NCBI RefSeq assembly: GCF_009914755.1
Contig: NC_060936.1
DNA from: the human T2T-CHM13v2.0 reference genome, Homo sapiens
Strand: one strand, 5' to 3'
DNA: 64,000 nt
How positions within the stretch are numbered: position 1 is the first letter of the stretch; each line of letters begins with the position of its first letter. This document shows, piece after piece, positions 14,419 through 25,545 of the stretch. The notes beneath the pieces were generated by a model. That model did not search any database. It saw only the letters and a program-made list of their open reading frames with translations, and was not told the origin of the DNA. A program made the translations under genes and the position numbers.

Positions 14419-14655
14419 ACATTATATGCCATGTATCACTAGAGGCTTGGGTATTGATACTGGAAAGAAGGAAATGGAAAGATAATATAGATTCTTTCTG
14501 TTTTCTTGGTTCATATTATTCAGTAATCACATGTAGGCATTCAAGATAATTGCTTTAGAGTTGATAAAACTCATTCCGAAAAGAACTGTCTTATAGTACA
14601 TAGTTTGCTAGTTAAGCATTCTTTAACTAGAAAGTCTTTTTGTTCTTCCTTCCCT

Positions 14656-14781
14656 TTCCTTCCTTCCTTCCTTCCTTCCTTCCTTCCGTCCTTCCTTCCT
14701 TCCTTCCTTCCTTCCTTCCTTCCTTCCTTCCTTCCTTCCTTCCTTCCTTCCTTCCCTCCCTCCCTCCCTCCTTCCTTCCTT
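14656..14781. repeat. (TTCC)8 GTCC (TTCC)16 (CTCC)n microsatellite = (GGAA)n on the IGF1 sense strand
   Basis: Direct count. Confidence 0.95.
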
Positions 14782-15934
14782 CTTCTCTCTGTCTTTGCCT
14801 TTGCTTTAGTTCTTCTTGAATGAAATTTATGATTGGGTATAATTATAGTTTATTCAAACCTTTCCACAGGACATGAATTCTTAGTTATTCCATGGAACTG
14901 TGGTCCTTTGAAGAGCCATCTGTGTCTATATGCTACTCTAAGGTGATGGTTGTAGTAGGAATTGGCTTCTGTCTGCAGCTGGTCCCAAAGCATGGATGTC
15001 TTAGCTGGAGAACTTAGTATCTCCTGAATAAGGTGACTGGCCACTTGGGCTAAGGCACGAGCCTGGCTTCTCTCTGCTCTGATAAGCCAGGATCCACTTT
15101 GCAACCACAGCAGCAGTGGCTTGGCTCCCATGTGGGGCTTTGGCATGCTTTCAGTTCGACCTTTTCCTCCTGGATTGAGCCGTGAACATGTCCATCATAT
15201 TTAAGTAATCCTGGGTTTTCAGTGAACCACTAGAAAGGGTGATCCTGGAGTAAAAAGCATGGCAGAGGCATGGAGGACCAGGCAGAAAGGAGGTTCCTTT
15301 ATACCATGACATCTTCAAAATAGACTACTTGGATGAAATGCTTCACTTCTGGGTTAGTCATATTCTTACCCCAAAATGTCACCATTTGTTTGGTAGAGAA
15401 CTTCCGTCTTGTACCCTTTCTCAGCTCTTCTAATTCACAACTTGGAGGATGGCGAGAGTTTTTGCTTTATTATCTATGAAGACCCCAATCCTACTGATTA
15501 AACCAAGGGATCTGAAGGAGAAGATCTCTAAAATCTGAATTCTGTGATTCTATTTAACTTTTCTTCACCCTCAGGGAAATCCAGCACTTTTGCTCTCATT
15601 CTCTCCCTTCATTTCTGCCCTCTCTTTTCCTTCTGGAATTCTTTCTCAGTTGACCCACTTTGATTATGTGCTGTTGTCTCCTGGCCAAAAGAAGAGCAGC
15701 TTAGAACCCAAGCACATCTTTACCCACTTCTGGATCTCAGTGTCCTAGTCTTCAAAATAAGGGGATTTCTGAGGCCTCTTCCAGATCTAACATAGTATGT
15801 TCCTGGGGTTCTCATGGAGCAGAAACTCAGGGTTTCAGATATAAAAATAGATCTGTGGTGGGGTGGTGGAGGGGAGTGTTTTCTAGGAGCTGTAATCAAA
15901 ATGCAGTGGTTATCATCAGAGATCAGAAGTCTTC

Positions 15935-16341
15935 TGTCACTGGCTGAATTGTGTCCAAATTCATGTGTTGAAGTCCTAACTCCCAGTACGTCAAAATATG
16001 ACTGTATTTGGAGACAGAGTCTTTACAGAGATAATTAAGTTAAAATGAGGTCAGTGGGGTGGGCCCAAATCCAACCTGGCTGGTGTTGTTTCACACAGAG
16101 GATGTTTAGACACAGAGATATGTATGGAGGGAAGATGAAGTGAAGACACAGGGGGAGAAGAAGGAGGCCACCTACAAGCCGAGGGGAGGAGCCCATGACA
16201 GAGCCTTCTCTAAGGCCCTTGCAAGGGCTGATACTTTGATTTTGGACTTTCAACTCCCAGAACTATGAAAAAATCAATTTCTGTGGTTTAAACTACCTAG
16301 CCTATGATACTTTGTTATGGCAGCCCTAGCAAACTTATACA
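15935..16341 (+). mobile_element. MLT1 (MLT1B/C-like) MaLR solo LTR
   Basis: tgtcactggctgaattgtgtcc...gttgaagtcctaactcccagtac...ggcagccctagcaaacttataca; TG...CA ends; 5-bp TSD tcttc/tcttt. Confidence 0.85.
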
Positions 16342-16644
16342 TCTTTTATATCTGATTCCAAAGTGCAAAAAAGATGAAGAAGAGTGCAGTGACCTCTTCT
16401 CAAAAGTTACCTCACAGACCTCACAGGGTTTTAGGCAATACCGGATGCCCTTTGGCCTAAACCCTGGACTTGACTAAGAAATGCAGCCTCCAATGACATT
16501 GCGGGAAAAGGGAATCTGGGAACTTCTATGACACAATTCAGTCTTGCTGAGCATTTGGGGCTAATATTTAACTCTGAACATATATTGACATAGGCAATTC
16601 TTCCATAACAGATTCATACAAAATTTAAAAATGCATATAGAAGC

Positions 16645-16976
16645 CTTAATTTTTATTTAAATTCTTTTATTTAATTGTGTTTTAGAGGCAGAGAATAGTG
16701 TGTCTTTTTTTGCCTCTTTTATAATTTTTATTTTTTTTTTTCATTTTTGCCACTGTCTTTCTTTGCGCTTTCTAGGGCATTACATTTTTCTTTTCCGTTT
16801 TCTCCATGTTTCTTAGCGAGATTCTCTAAAAGGTTACTTCTATTTCCATCACATCATCATCTAGCTCCAGCAGGCCTACTTTTCTTCATTTCCTCTATTG
16901 TATTTTCTGCTTTTCATTCTTGCTGTCTGCTCCTCTCTCATCATCCTTGCCTCTGTCTGTTTAATCCTCCTGTCCT
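16645..16976 (-). other. IGF1: IGF1 exon 5 (Eb) 3' UTR; 3' end approximate
   Basis: Follows the Eb stop; minus-strand AATAAA hexamers at 16727-16732, 16666-16671 and 16652-16657. Confidence 0.65.
16652..16732 (-). terminator. Candidate poly(A) signals for IGF-1Eb
   Basis: Three TTTATT hexamers on + (AATAAA on -) about 245-325 nt past the Eb stop. Confidence 0.6.
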
Positions 16977-17162
16977 TCATTTTCCTTTTTTGCCTCTGCA
17001 TTCAGCATTTCTACTTCCAATCTCCCTCCTCTGCTCTTTCTTCTTTCCTCTGATCTGCAGACTTGCTTCTGTCCCCTCCTTCTGTTCCCCTCCTGGATGT
17101 GTCTTTGGCCAACCTTTCCTTCTCTGAGACTTCGTGTTCTTGTTGGTAGATGGGGGCTGATA
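16977..17162 (-). CDS. IGF1: IGF1 exon 5, Eb-peptide coding part (61 aa + TGA)
   Basis: Acceptor tttacag| at 17163. Reads [61 protein letters not shown], the IGF-1Eb C-terminus, in phase 0 after exon 4. Confidence 0.97.
17114..17162 (-). CDS. IGF1: IGF1 exon 5 short 49-nt cassette used in IGF-1Ec (MGF)
   Basis: Internal weak donor AAAG|gttggc at 17113. 49 nt = 16 codons + 1 nt, which shifts the exon 6 frame to give [24 protein letters not shown]. Confidence 0.93.
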
Positions 17163-18667
17163 CTGTAAACATCACAAAAATAATTGCATTGAGAACAAGT
17201 GGTTCCCATGGTGTCCCTTTGAATGAGCTCAGAATGCCCAGGCTCCATATGATGCAGGAGACAGCACTCATGCTGGAGAGGGGTCTAGACCTCAGTCACA
17301 AGACCCACCATTCCAGAACTTTGGGACTCATCTCTTGACACCTACCCCCTCCCCAGTTAGAAACCAAGAGGCGCTGGGTCACCTGGGAAGAGAAAGAATG
17401 AATCTGCCTTTGCCCCAGCAAGCACGCTTTCCTGCCACATTCACCTAAAAGTCTTTTCTGAGATCCTTGCTTCCTGCCTGGCCAGTGGCTACTGTGTTCT
17501 GTGTGTGTTGGGTCTTGCCCAGTCCCCTTCCATCCTTCAGAGGGGCTCCCTGGGGTCACATCTCCAATAAGCCACCATGGTCCTCTTCCAGCCTCAGCTG
17601 AGGTTTAAGACCAGGAAGCAGCGAAGGTGTCATGGTGAACTTCTTGATCTCTCATCTTGTGCTTTTGCACAATATTATTAGTTCTAGCTCCAAAGATTAA
17701 AACCACATGTTGGCATTTCTTTTTTCAACAGAGTCCCCAAAATACTTAAACGAGAGCTATTTCTTCCCTTACTCAACTTCCTTGCCTTCTCTTTTTCCTC
17801 CTTTACCTTCTCTTTAGTTCTTATTCTTTCTACTTAATGGCTAAAATTTTAATCTCTTATATTCATTTGTTCATTCGTTCACTCATTCAAGAGAAATCGA
17901 TCAAGTGACTAAATGTGCATCAGATGTTTTATGTACTACTGATGGCATAGTTGGTACCTCTGAGGTTTGTTTACAGTCTAGCTCTTAGAAAATGATGCCT
18001 GCAGATTTTGATCATTACAAATGTCTAGGCATTCTTATAGCCAAACAGAAATTTCTATTTTTAATGTTTCATGTTTAATTATGCTTGCTACTGAATATGA
18101 ATTTTGAATAGTTCCCATTAGCCTTTTATTTTCTTTGGAAGATTGTAGAATCTCAGAACTTGAAAGGTTACAAGCTTTGTTATTAAGTGCAATTATGGCA
18201 GACATTAACGATGGTCCAACAATTACTTTATGCAGGCATGTGAAAAGCATCTCAAAGTATATGCATGAGCTACTTAATTTTGACAACAAACTGATGTGGT
18301 AGATATTATTATTATCCCAATGTTACTGATGAAACTGAGGCTTGGGTACATCACATTATTTGCCAAGGGCTCTAAGCTGGTGTGTGAGAAAGCCAGGACT
18401 TCACTTTTGTCTGACACCAAAGCCCATGTTTGTTTAGCCACTGTTTTGTAACATCTTCCAATCATCACATCGTCCATAGCGGTGGGAGGGGAAATTTGCA
18501 ATGCAGAGTGACCAAAGAGATGGGGATGTAATCCATCCCTTTGGTGCAAAGGAGCTTTTCTGACTTGTAAGCCAGGAGACTATGGGGCAGGATTTCTGCT
18601 TGGCCCACCCACATGCACAAGAGAGAGACCACTTGAGGATGGCTGGATCCCACCCAGGTGGGCTTAC

Positions 18668-18849
18668 CTTCTGGGTCTTGGGCATGTCGGTGTGGCGCTG
18701 GGCACGGACAGAGCGAGCTGACTTGGCAGGCTTGAGGGGTGCGCAATACATCTCCAGCCTCCTTAGATCACAGCTCCGGAAGCAGCACTCATCCACGATG
18801 CCTGTCTGAGGCGCCCTCCGACTGCTGGAGCCATACCCTGTGGGCTTGT
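18668..18849 (-). CDS. IGF1: IGF1 exon 4 (182 nt): mature IGF-1 residues 26-70 plus first 16 aa of the E peptide
   Basis: Translates (N)[60 protein letters not shown], matching human IGF-1. Acceptor gtgcag| at 18850 and donor AAG|gtaagc at 18667. Mature portion is 18716-18849; the basic convertase region KPAKSAR spans the mature/E boundary. Confidence 0.99.
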
Positions 18850-19324
18850 CTGCACAAATCAAACAGAGTGGCCTCATGTTAGGGTGCAATCTGCTTTCTT
18901 CAGTCTTCCACCCAGCTCCTGCCTCTCCCCACAGCTAGTCAACCTACATATTCTGCAATGTCTCAACCTCTTCTTGAAACTTCCCCAATGATTCCTGACC
19001 CCACGTATCTTTCTGAATGCCAGTATGTCTCCCGGAGTCTGTACCACACTCATTAGCACTAACTCATTCACCATGCTATTTGTGGTAACTCTCCCCAAGT
19101 TTTGCAACCTGTAGGCAAGGATCTTGTCTATGCCCAATCCTAGTCTTTTCTTATATATTGGCTTCAGAGGATGATAGAAATATTAAAATAAGATCATGCA
19201 TTGTTTTCTTAATCTTGTTGGCAACGCTGCATTGCTTTTATAAGCAGGACAGCTCACATGTTTGCCTTTTTGTTTAACTGCTTTGACTATATAGTCAGGT
19301 TGAACATCAAAGAGTTTTTAAGTT

Positions 19325-19650
19325 TGGAAAGGGCTCCTCATTTTACTAATGTGAAAACTGAGACTCAGAGGTGGCAAAGACTTGCTGAAGGTCATTCATG
19401 CAGTAAGTCGTGGAGTCAAGATGCAAACTCAGATCTACTTGCTGCAAAGCCCAAGTGCCTCATTGAGGAGCCCAGGAGAACTGTTGTATGACTCTGGAAA
19501 AGTCACTAAGCTCTCTGGGCCTCAGTTTTCCCATTTATGTAATGGAGTTAATAATATCTTCCTTGTAAGAATTGTTTGAGGATTAAATGAAATCAAGTAT
19601 GAATAATGCATAGCACAGCACCTGACATATAGTGTAAGTCGTAAGTAAAT
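19325..19650. mobile_element. Two adjacent MIR fragments in opposite orientation
   Basis: aaaactgagactcagagg (-) then ctctgggcctcagttttcccat...gaggattaaatga (+). Confidence 0.6.
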
Positions 19651-22416
19651 CATAGCCAGCTTTCTGCGAGTACCGTTTCCAGGATCCTATGTGGTTTGTG
19701 AAGAAGCATTGTGACTATTGACCGTGTACAGAAGTCTTGGGACTTGAAACTAATTACAATACCAATCTAGTAGGGCTCCCTCTCTTACCACCCCAAGAGG
19801 CCAGAACAATGAATTCTATTTCTTATTGAGTAACTGCCAAACTGAAACAGTGAACGAAATGTCCATCTTTCATGTGATTCTGTTCTAGCTCAGGCAAGGG
19901 CAGAGGGACAGAAACTTGCTTTCTCTTCTCCTCCCTTATCTCTCCTGGTCTTCTCCACGGATGCTCAGGCTTTATGGAAGAAATTTTATAAATCACGGGC
20001 ACAGAAGAATCCAATTTATTAATCTGACATGTATTCAATCTTAATTCCTGACAGAAGAAAACATTACGTTTTAAATCACAAGTCTATGTTTCTGTAATAA
20101 TGACACCATTACTTGAGGATAGGGTTTGGAAAGTCAGAATCCTCATGTATTTTGCACTCCCTCATTGGGGGAGATCAGGCCCATGGTAATGGCCTGCTAC
20201 CAAACCAGTTTGGCTGCCTCCCTGCTGGAAGGGCCAGCATTCATGGCAACCTCTAAGAACCCAAATGCTTTCCTGATGCTTGGCACAGGACCCTGGTGGC
20301 TGCTTCCTTCTGTAAGGCAGGTTTATTGTCATTCTTAGGGCAGCTGGAGGTAGTAACTCAGTGAGGGTTCATTTGTGGTCTTTCTGGGCAGAGTCTGCTG
20401 TGCAGATCTCGAAGCAGACCCTGTGGACTCCCAATGGCTGTGGCATTTGGGAGGGACTGGGACCTGGCAAGCCATGTCTCAGCGGGTCCCCTGAGCAATG
20501 TAAACAATATTTTTTTGTTTTTTTGTTTTTATAATCTTTTCCTGGAACTATAAATTAGAGGAAAGACACAAATGGGCTTACACTGTCCTTTGTAATCCAC
20601 AAAGGACTTCTACGTACTTTTTGCTAAGTGGCTAGCCAGTAAAGCACAGCTGATACCCTTTGGCTTCTCTCTTGTGGGTGGGGAGGAAGGAAAAGGTGAC
20701 TTGGCCTATTTTGTGATCATTGTATCTTTTGCCCATTACAGGTAATGATTGCCCTTTGTTGAAACTATAAATTTCCTAATGGGATGTAATTGGGATTCAT
20801 TTGTTGATTATGAAATGGTAACTTGATGTTTGGGGGTGGGCTGGTAGGAAGAGCTCCAGAAACTTTCAAAGTTAGCCAACTCAGAAACAACTGATTTCAA
20901 AATTCATGGTTAGCCTTTGAAGATAGACAAGGGCAGGCTTTGGGATTCCAGGACCTATTTAGTATTTCCCTTTCAAGCTCCTCTAACTTAATTCTGCTTC
21001 TGAGGTCCCACAGGTGCTGGAGCTCCTTGTCTGCTATAAGAGGAAGACATTAACCTTCATCTTGGGATGGCAGAGAGAGTTTCTATGATTGTATATTCAC
21101 TTCTTGGTGACTGTAAACAACCATGAAACTCACCACATGTCGATTTCCTCTTGTAAAATAGAAAGTCATCATCATCACAGCAAAAAAAATAACAGGAAAT
21201 ACCAGGCATCTGGTTTATCACCTTGCTTAAATGAGCTCAGAATTTGACATGACTCAGTCAAACTCTAAGCTCATCTAAACTCTGAGCTCATGCTTTTTAG
21301 TCTGTAGATCGATGGGTTTAGGTACAGAGAATTTTAGGACTTTTCTGCAATGTTCCATAGAGAAAGTTTATCTTATGTCTACATTTGTTTTTTTAAAAAA
21401 TATTGTTGAAATAGTGGTATACAGACTTCGATTTTGCCATAAATATAATTACCAATTATCTCTAGCTACCACAATCCTAGAGAGATGTTTTTCTTTGTCT
21501 ACTCATAATGTCTACAATGGACTCATTGTACGTCATTGGGAATATATGAATATAACAAGTGTTTACCTATTGCCTTTTGAAGTTTAATTCATCTTTTGAA
21601 GTGCCCTGTAAGCTTGATTTCTTCTGGCTCTACATCAAAATATTTAACAAACAAAAAACTCATTTCTCGCCAATTGAAAGATCACAGTTGAGGGTCAAAG
21701 TTTTGTTCCATATCTTCAAATGCTACATATTGTTTATTTTTCCAGAACCACAATAAAGATATTTGCTGCTATGGTCTACAGGTAGAGGCCTGATACAATG
21801 TAATTTATTAGAAAGCTAATAAAACAATTGGCTTCAGTATTTGACATTTTCCTATTTGAGAGTTATTTTTAATGACTTCTAAATTATAACTATTGTCATT
21901 TCGACTAATTTTTAAATGAGATGGAACTAATTGTTTTATCTTTGCCTTGAGAAACTCTTCATTAGGTGCTGTATAATTCTGTCCCAGTGGGCAGAATCAG
22001 AGCTGGTAGGTGAATGAAAAACAAATATTGGCTTAATATAAGAAAAGCATTCCTAACAATTTGAATTTACAAGTGTTACATATGGGACAGATTTCAATGA
22101 AAAGTAATGAACTCCCCATTGCAGGAAACAGTTAAGTAAAGGCTGTAATAAACATCTGTCAGAGATCCTAGCAGAAGATTCCTATGTTGAACACAGTGGA
22201 TGACTGCTATGGTCTTTTCTATTCCAGACATTCTATAACAAGTGAAGAGATGAAGGAGAAAACTGGCTTGGGCCCAATATTCAGTATGGTTGGAAACCAC
22301 TTCAAGGAAGAGGTGCAAATATATTCTAACTTAGAAGGTGAAAAGTTGTTTTCTATCTATTTGAAGTTCCCCAAGATGCTCTAAACACTTTTTAATTGTC
22401 CTTACTCGATGCTACG

Positions 22417-22443
22417 AAAAAAAAAAAAAAAAAAAAAAAAAAA
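22417..22443. repeat. A27 mononucleotide run
   Basis: Direct count; no adjacent Alu or L1 body recognised. Confidence 0.9.
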
Positions 22444-24377
22444 GACCGGTGCCTGGTATAGTCCCTTCTACAGCAAGGTGTGGTCCAACAGTTCTGTTGT
22501 ACTGGCATGAGGAAGTGTTCATGCACTTACTCAACTGTTAGAATGAATAGGCATGTATAACATTCCACATAATTTTTCTTGCTGACAAAGTCTTGACATT
22601 AAAAATTTATATATTTATTTTGTCAGTTTTGCTTCAAAGGTTTCATAGCATGTAGACCAAAGATTGCTTACCAGACAAGTTGGCCACCACCTATCCTAGA
22701 CTTTGACTCCTCCATGACTAGACATAATGTTTAGTCACAATGTACTGCTGTATCTTAAAAGTTGGCCAACAGACAGAATTCCAATGGTTAAACAGCTGGC
22801 TTCTATAATAACAGCACTTCCCTTTAAATAATGCATGGTCGGGGAGTAATTCAATAATCTTCAGGGCAAACTTGCTAGTTACAAGGGTTTTGGGCAGAAC
22901 TGTGGCATCATCAAAACCACACCAATTAGCTGAGTCTCACATTTTGTAATGGATGCAAGCAACTCGCTCCCCTCCATCTCTGAAGGGAAATGTGTAATGC
23001 TGAGATTTAACCGGGGTCATCACTTCTAGAACAAAGGACTCTGGTTGTTCATCACTGGCAAAAATGGTACTACCTCCTCTACTGATGCTGCATAAGTTTG
23101 TGTTTCTTATAGATTTCTGGGAATGCAGTTGGAACAATGCATTCAGCTTTAATTTCCTTTGAAACTTCCCATCTTGCTTCTTGAGAAAGTTTTATTTTAA
23201 CTATTTCAACTCTATCATTGGAAAGGGAAGACATTGATTTGAAGAGTCAGTATTTAAATAATAAAAAAACGCAAACGTTTTCAAGTTGGGAAGCAACTAG
23301 TTCTTAAGATATACATTTGTTATTCTTTGAGTTCTAAGGAATAAAACTATTCTTTAGAAATTTGCTAACAGGAAGAGGTTCCAAAGTTGATCCCTTTTTT
23401 TTTTTTTTGAAAGGAGGAAAAAAGAGGTAAGACAATTAACCTGGATTTTAAGGGCTATTTCTAGAAAATGTTCAATTATATGTCTGATAAAAAACACAAA
23501 TGAAATTATTAGCTAATAAAAATGAACCTGCATTTCACTTAGATTAACTAAGGATTGATTACACAACCAAATATTACAGTTAAGATCTGAAGAATCTGGA
23601 AACTTAGGTTTTTCACACCAGTTATTTATTTCAGAACTCCAGACACATTGCCAATTTAGAATAACTTGGAACGGTTAGTTTTTTAGGGCAAGATTTTCTC
23701 CCTGGGCCGCCTTATTTAATATAAATTCATTTGGTTTGCATTATTTTGCATGAGATACTAGTAGGAAAATTGTATAAGATATGAATAATCTTAAAGTAGT
23801 CTTCATTTTAGCATTTTAATTACTATTTTCATTTGTGGAAAAGGGAGAATCACCTCCCAATATTTCCTACATCTCTGATGGCTTTATAAGGAAGACTTGA
23901 GTCCTTTCATAAATTTCTAATATAAGGAAAATTGTGATTATATTATTACCAAGACCCCAATGTAATACATTGAATGGTTGATATTTCCAGAATTCATAGG
24001 ATTTGCATTTACTTGAAAACCTTTTGAGAGTCAATATTTTGCCTTTAAATTTTTGTCTATTGAAATCACAACTTGAATTAAAGCAATTATTGAGTTATAC
24101 ATTGTCATGTGCTTAGTAAAGATATGGAAAGAAGCTTTTACTACTGTCAACTGGCCACATCTTTTTATGTTTAGAATAACATGAGTATGTACACACATAT
24201 ACTCAAACACATATTAGGGAATTAAGTGAATTACTGTAGTACCAAAGCTGCTGTAAAACATTTTGAAATTAGGATTTTTAAAAAAGATTTTCTAATATAT
24301 CTATTGCCTGCCTTATACTTTGCTAGGAGACCCTGTACATTTCTGCTTTTCTGTGGAAGGATCTTTCCAAGTAAGAT

Positions 24378-24568
24378 TGACCTTTGGCATCTTAAAAGTG
24401 AACACTGAGAAAATGTTCTCTTTTCTATGAACTGCATGTCATAAACTTTTCTTGAAAACCTATCAAATTTAGGCATCGATTTCACTTTTGGCCTGTGTTA
24501 ATTTTTAATTGCCAGTGTTTGCTGGTCTCACTACCTCTCAATTGGACAAGGTCATCTTTTTCTAGGAA
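24378..24568. promoter_or_regulatory. Putative GH/STAT5-responsive hepatic enhancer (paired GAS sites)
   Basis: TTCTATGAA 24423-24431 and TTCTAGGAA 24560-24568, with DR1/HNF4-like, ONECUT-like, HNF1-like, FOXA and NR half-site motifs; no recognisable repeat here. Confidence 0.65.
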
Positions 24569-25294
24569 TTATGGCCCTCTACGACCTGCCCCCACCCTCA
24601 CTACTCAGCAACTCTTTCTCAGCTACTAAATCCCCATAACCCAAAAGACCAAAGTCTTCCGTTACCCAATCAAGTCAATGTTTTTGTTTCTCTGAGTCTA
24701 AAAGGAATGAAGCAGAGTTCTATGGGGCTGCCCCTTTGTTGAAAGCCTCCTTTCTTTTGGAAGCCCAAGTCAAGAGCAGGTGTGAAAAGAATGCTATTCA
24801 GCTCACCTTGGTTTCCAAGGCCAGGAAGCTAAAGTGCAAGTCCTAGGGGCGATAACAGCAAGAGATTCAAAGCAGAAACATTACTGTTTTAGGACTCTTT
24901 GGAGAAATGGGCAGACAGAGTGGGAAGCAACATGATGTATTACTTTAGCCTGATACAATGCCCTGGAGGATGAGCGTCTTGCCAGGACAGCACAATTTAC
25001 TAGCTTAGGTCTGATTCCAGGGCTTGGAGGAGATAGATGTAGCCAACAAAATTATACTTTGGCAAGAGAAATGCTTTGCTGGACAGAAAAATATTGTCCT
25101 AAGGGAATGGTTTGGTTTATCAACGTCTAAGGTGAAAGATAATCAAATGCCAAGAGGTCATTTTTATGTTTGAATTATTTCAGTGGGGCCTGCTATATAA
25201 GTTAGCTACCATTTTCTAGTTATATTGTTTGTATTATTTAGAACATATTACAGAATTTGAGTATGATCTGCCTGTGACATCTGTCATACCAATG

Positions 25295-25545
25295 ACAGAA
25301 GCAATATGTGAAGTGGCTAAAAGCACAAGTTTTGGAACCAGACAGTCTGGATTCTACTGTTTCTTTACTGTTAAGCTTTCATTTGGCAAAGGACTCAACC
25401 TTCTAAGATTCAGGTCCTCATATGTAAAAAGGATATATAAGAGTACCTCCCAGGACTGGCATGAAGATTAAGTGAGAATGTATGCAAAGTGTTTTGCACA
25501 ATGGCTGGTATATGGTAAACTATATAAATGTTGACAATTATTATT
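25295..25545 (+). mobile_element. MIR
   Basis: gtggctaaaagcacaagttttggaaccagac...tgaagattaagtgagaatgtatgcaaagtg. Confidence 0.65.

Noticed and set aside
16747-17271. Several overlapping ORFs across exon 5 (other minus frames and antisense)
   Set aside because: Explained by purine-rich, T-poor composition giving few stops; only the Eb/Ec frame is tied to splice sites.
18850-18889. N-terminus of ORF 18434..18889 ([14 protein letters not shown])
   Set aside because: Intronic sequence upstream of the exon 4 acceptor; no signal peptide or B domain.
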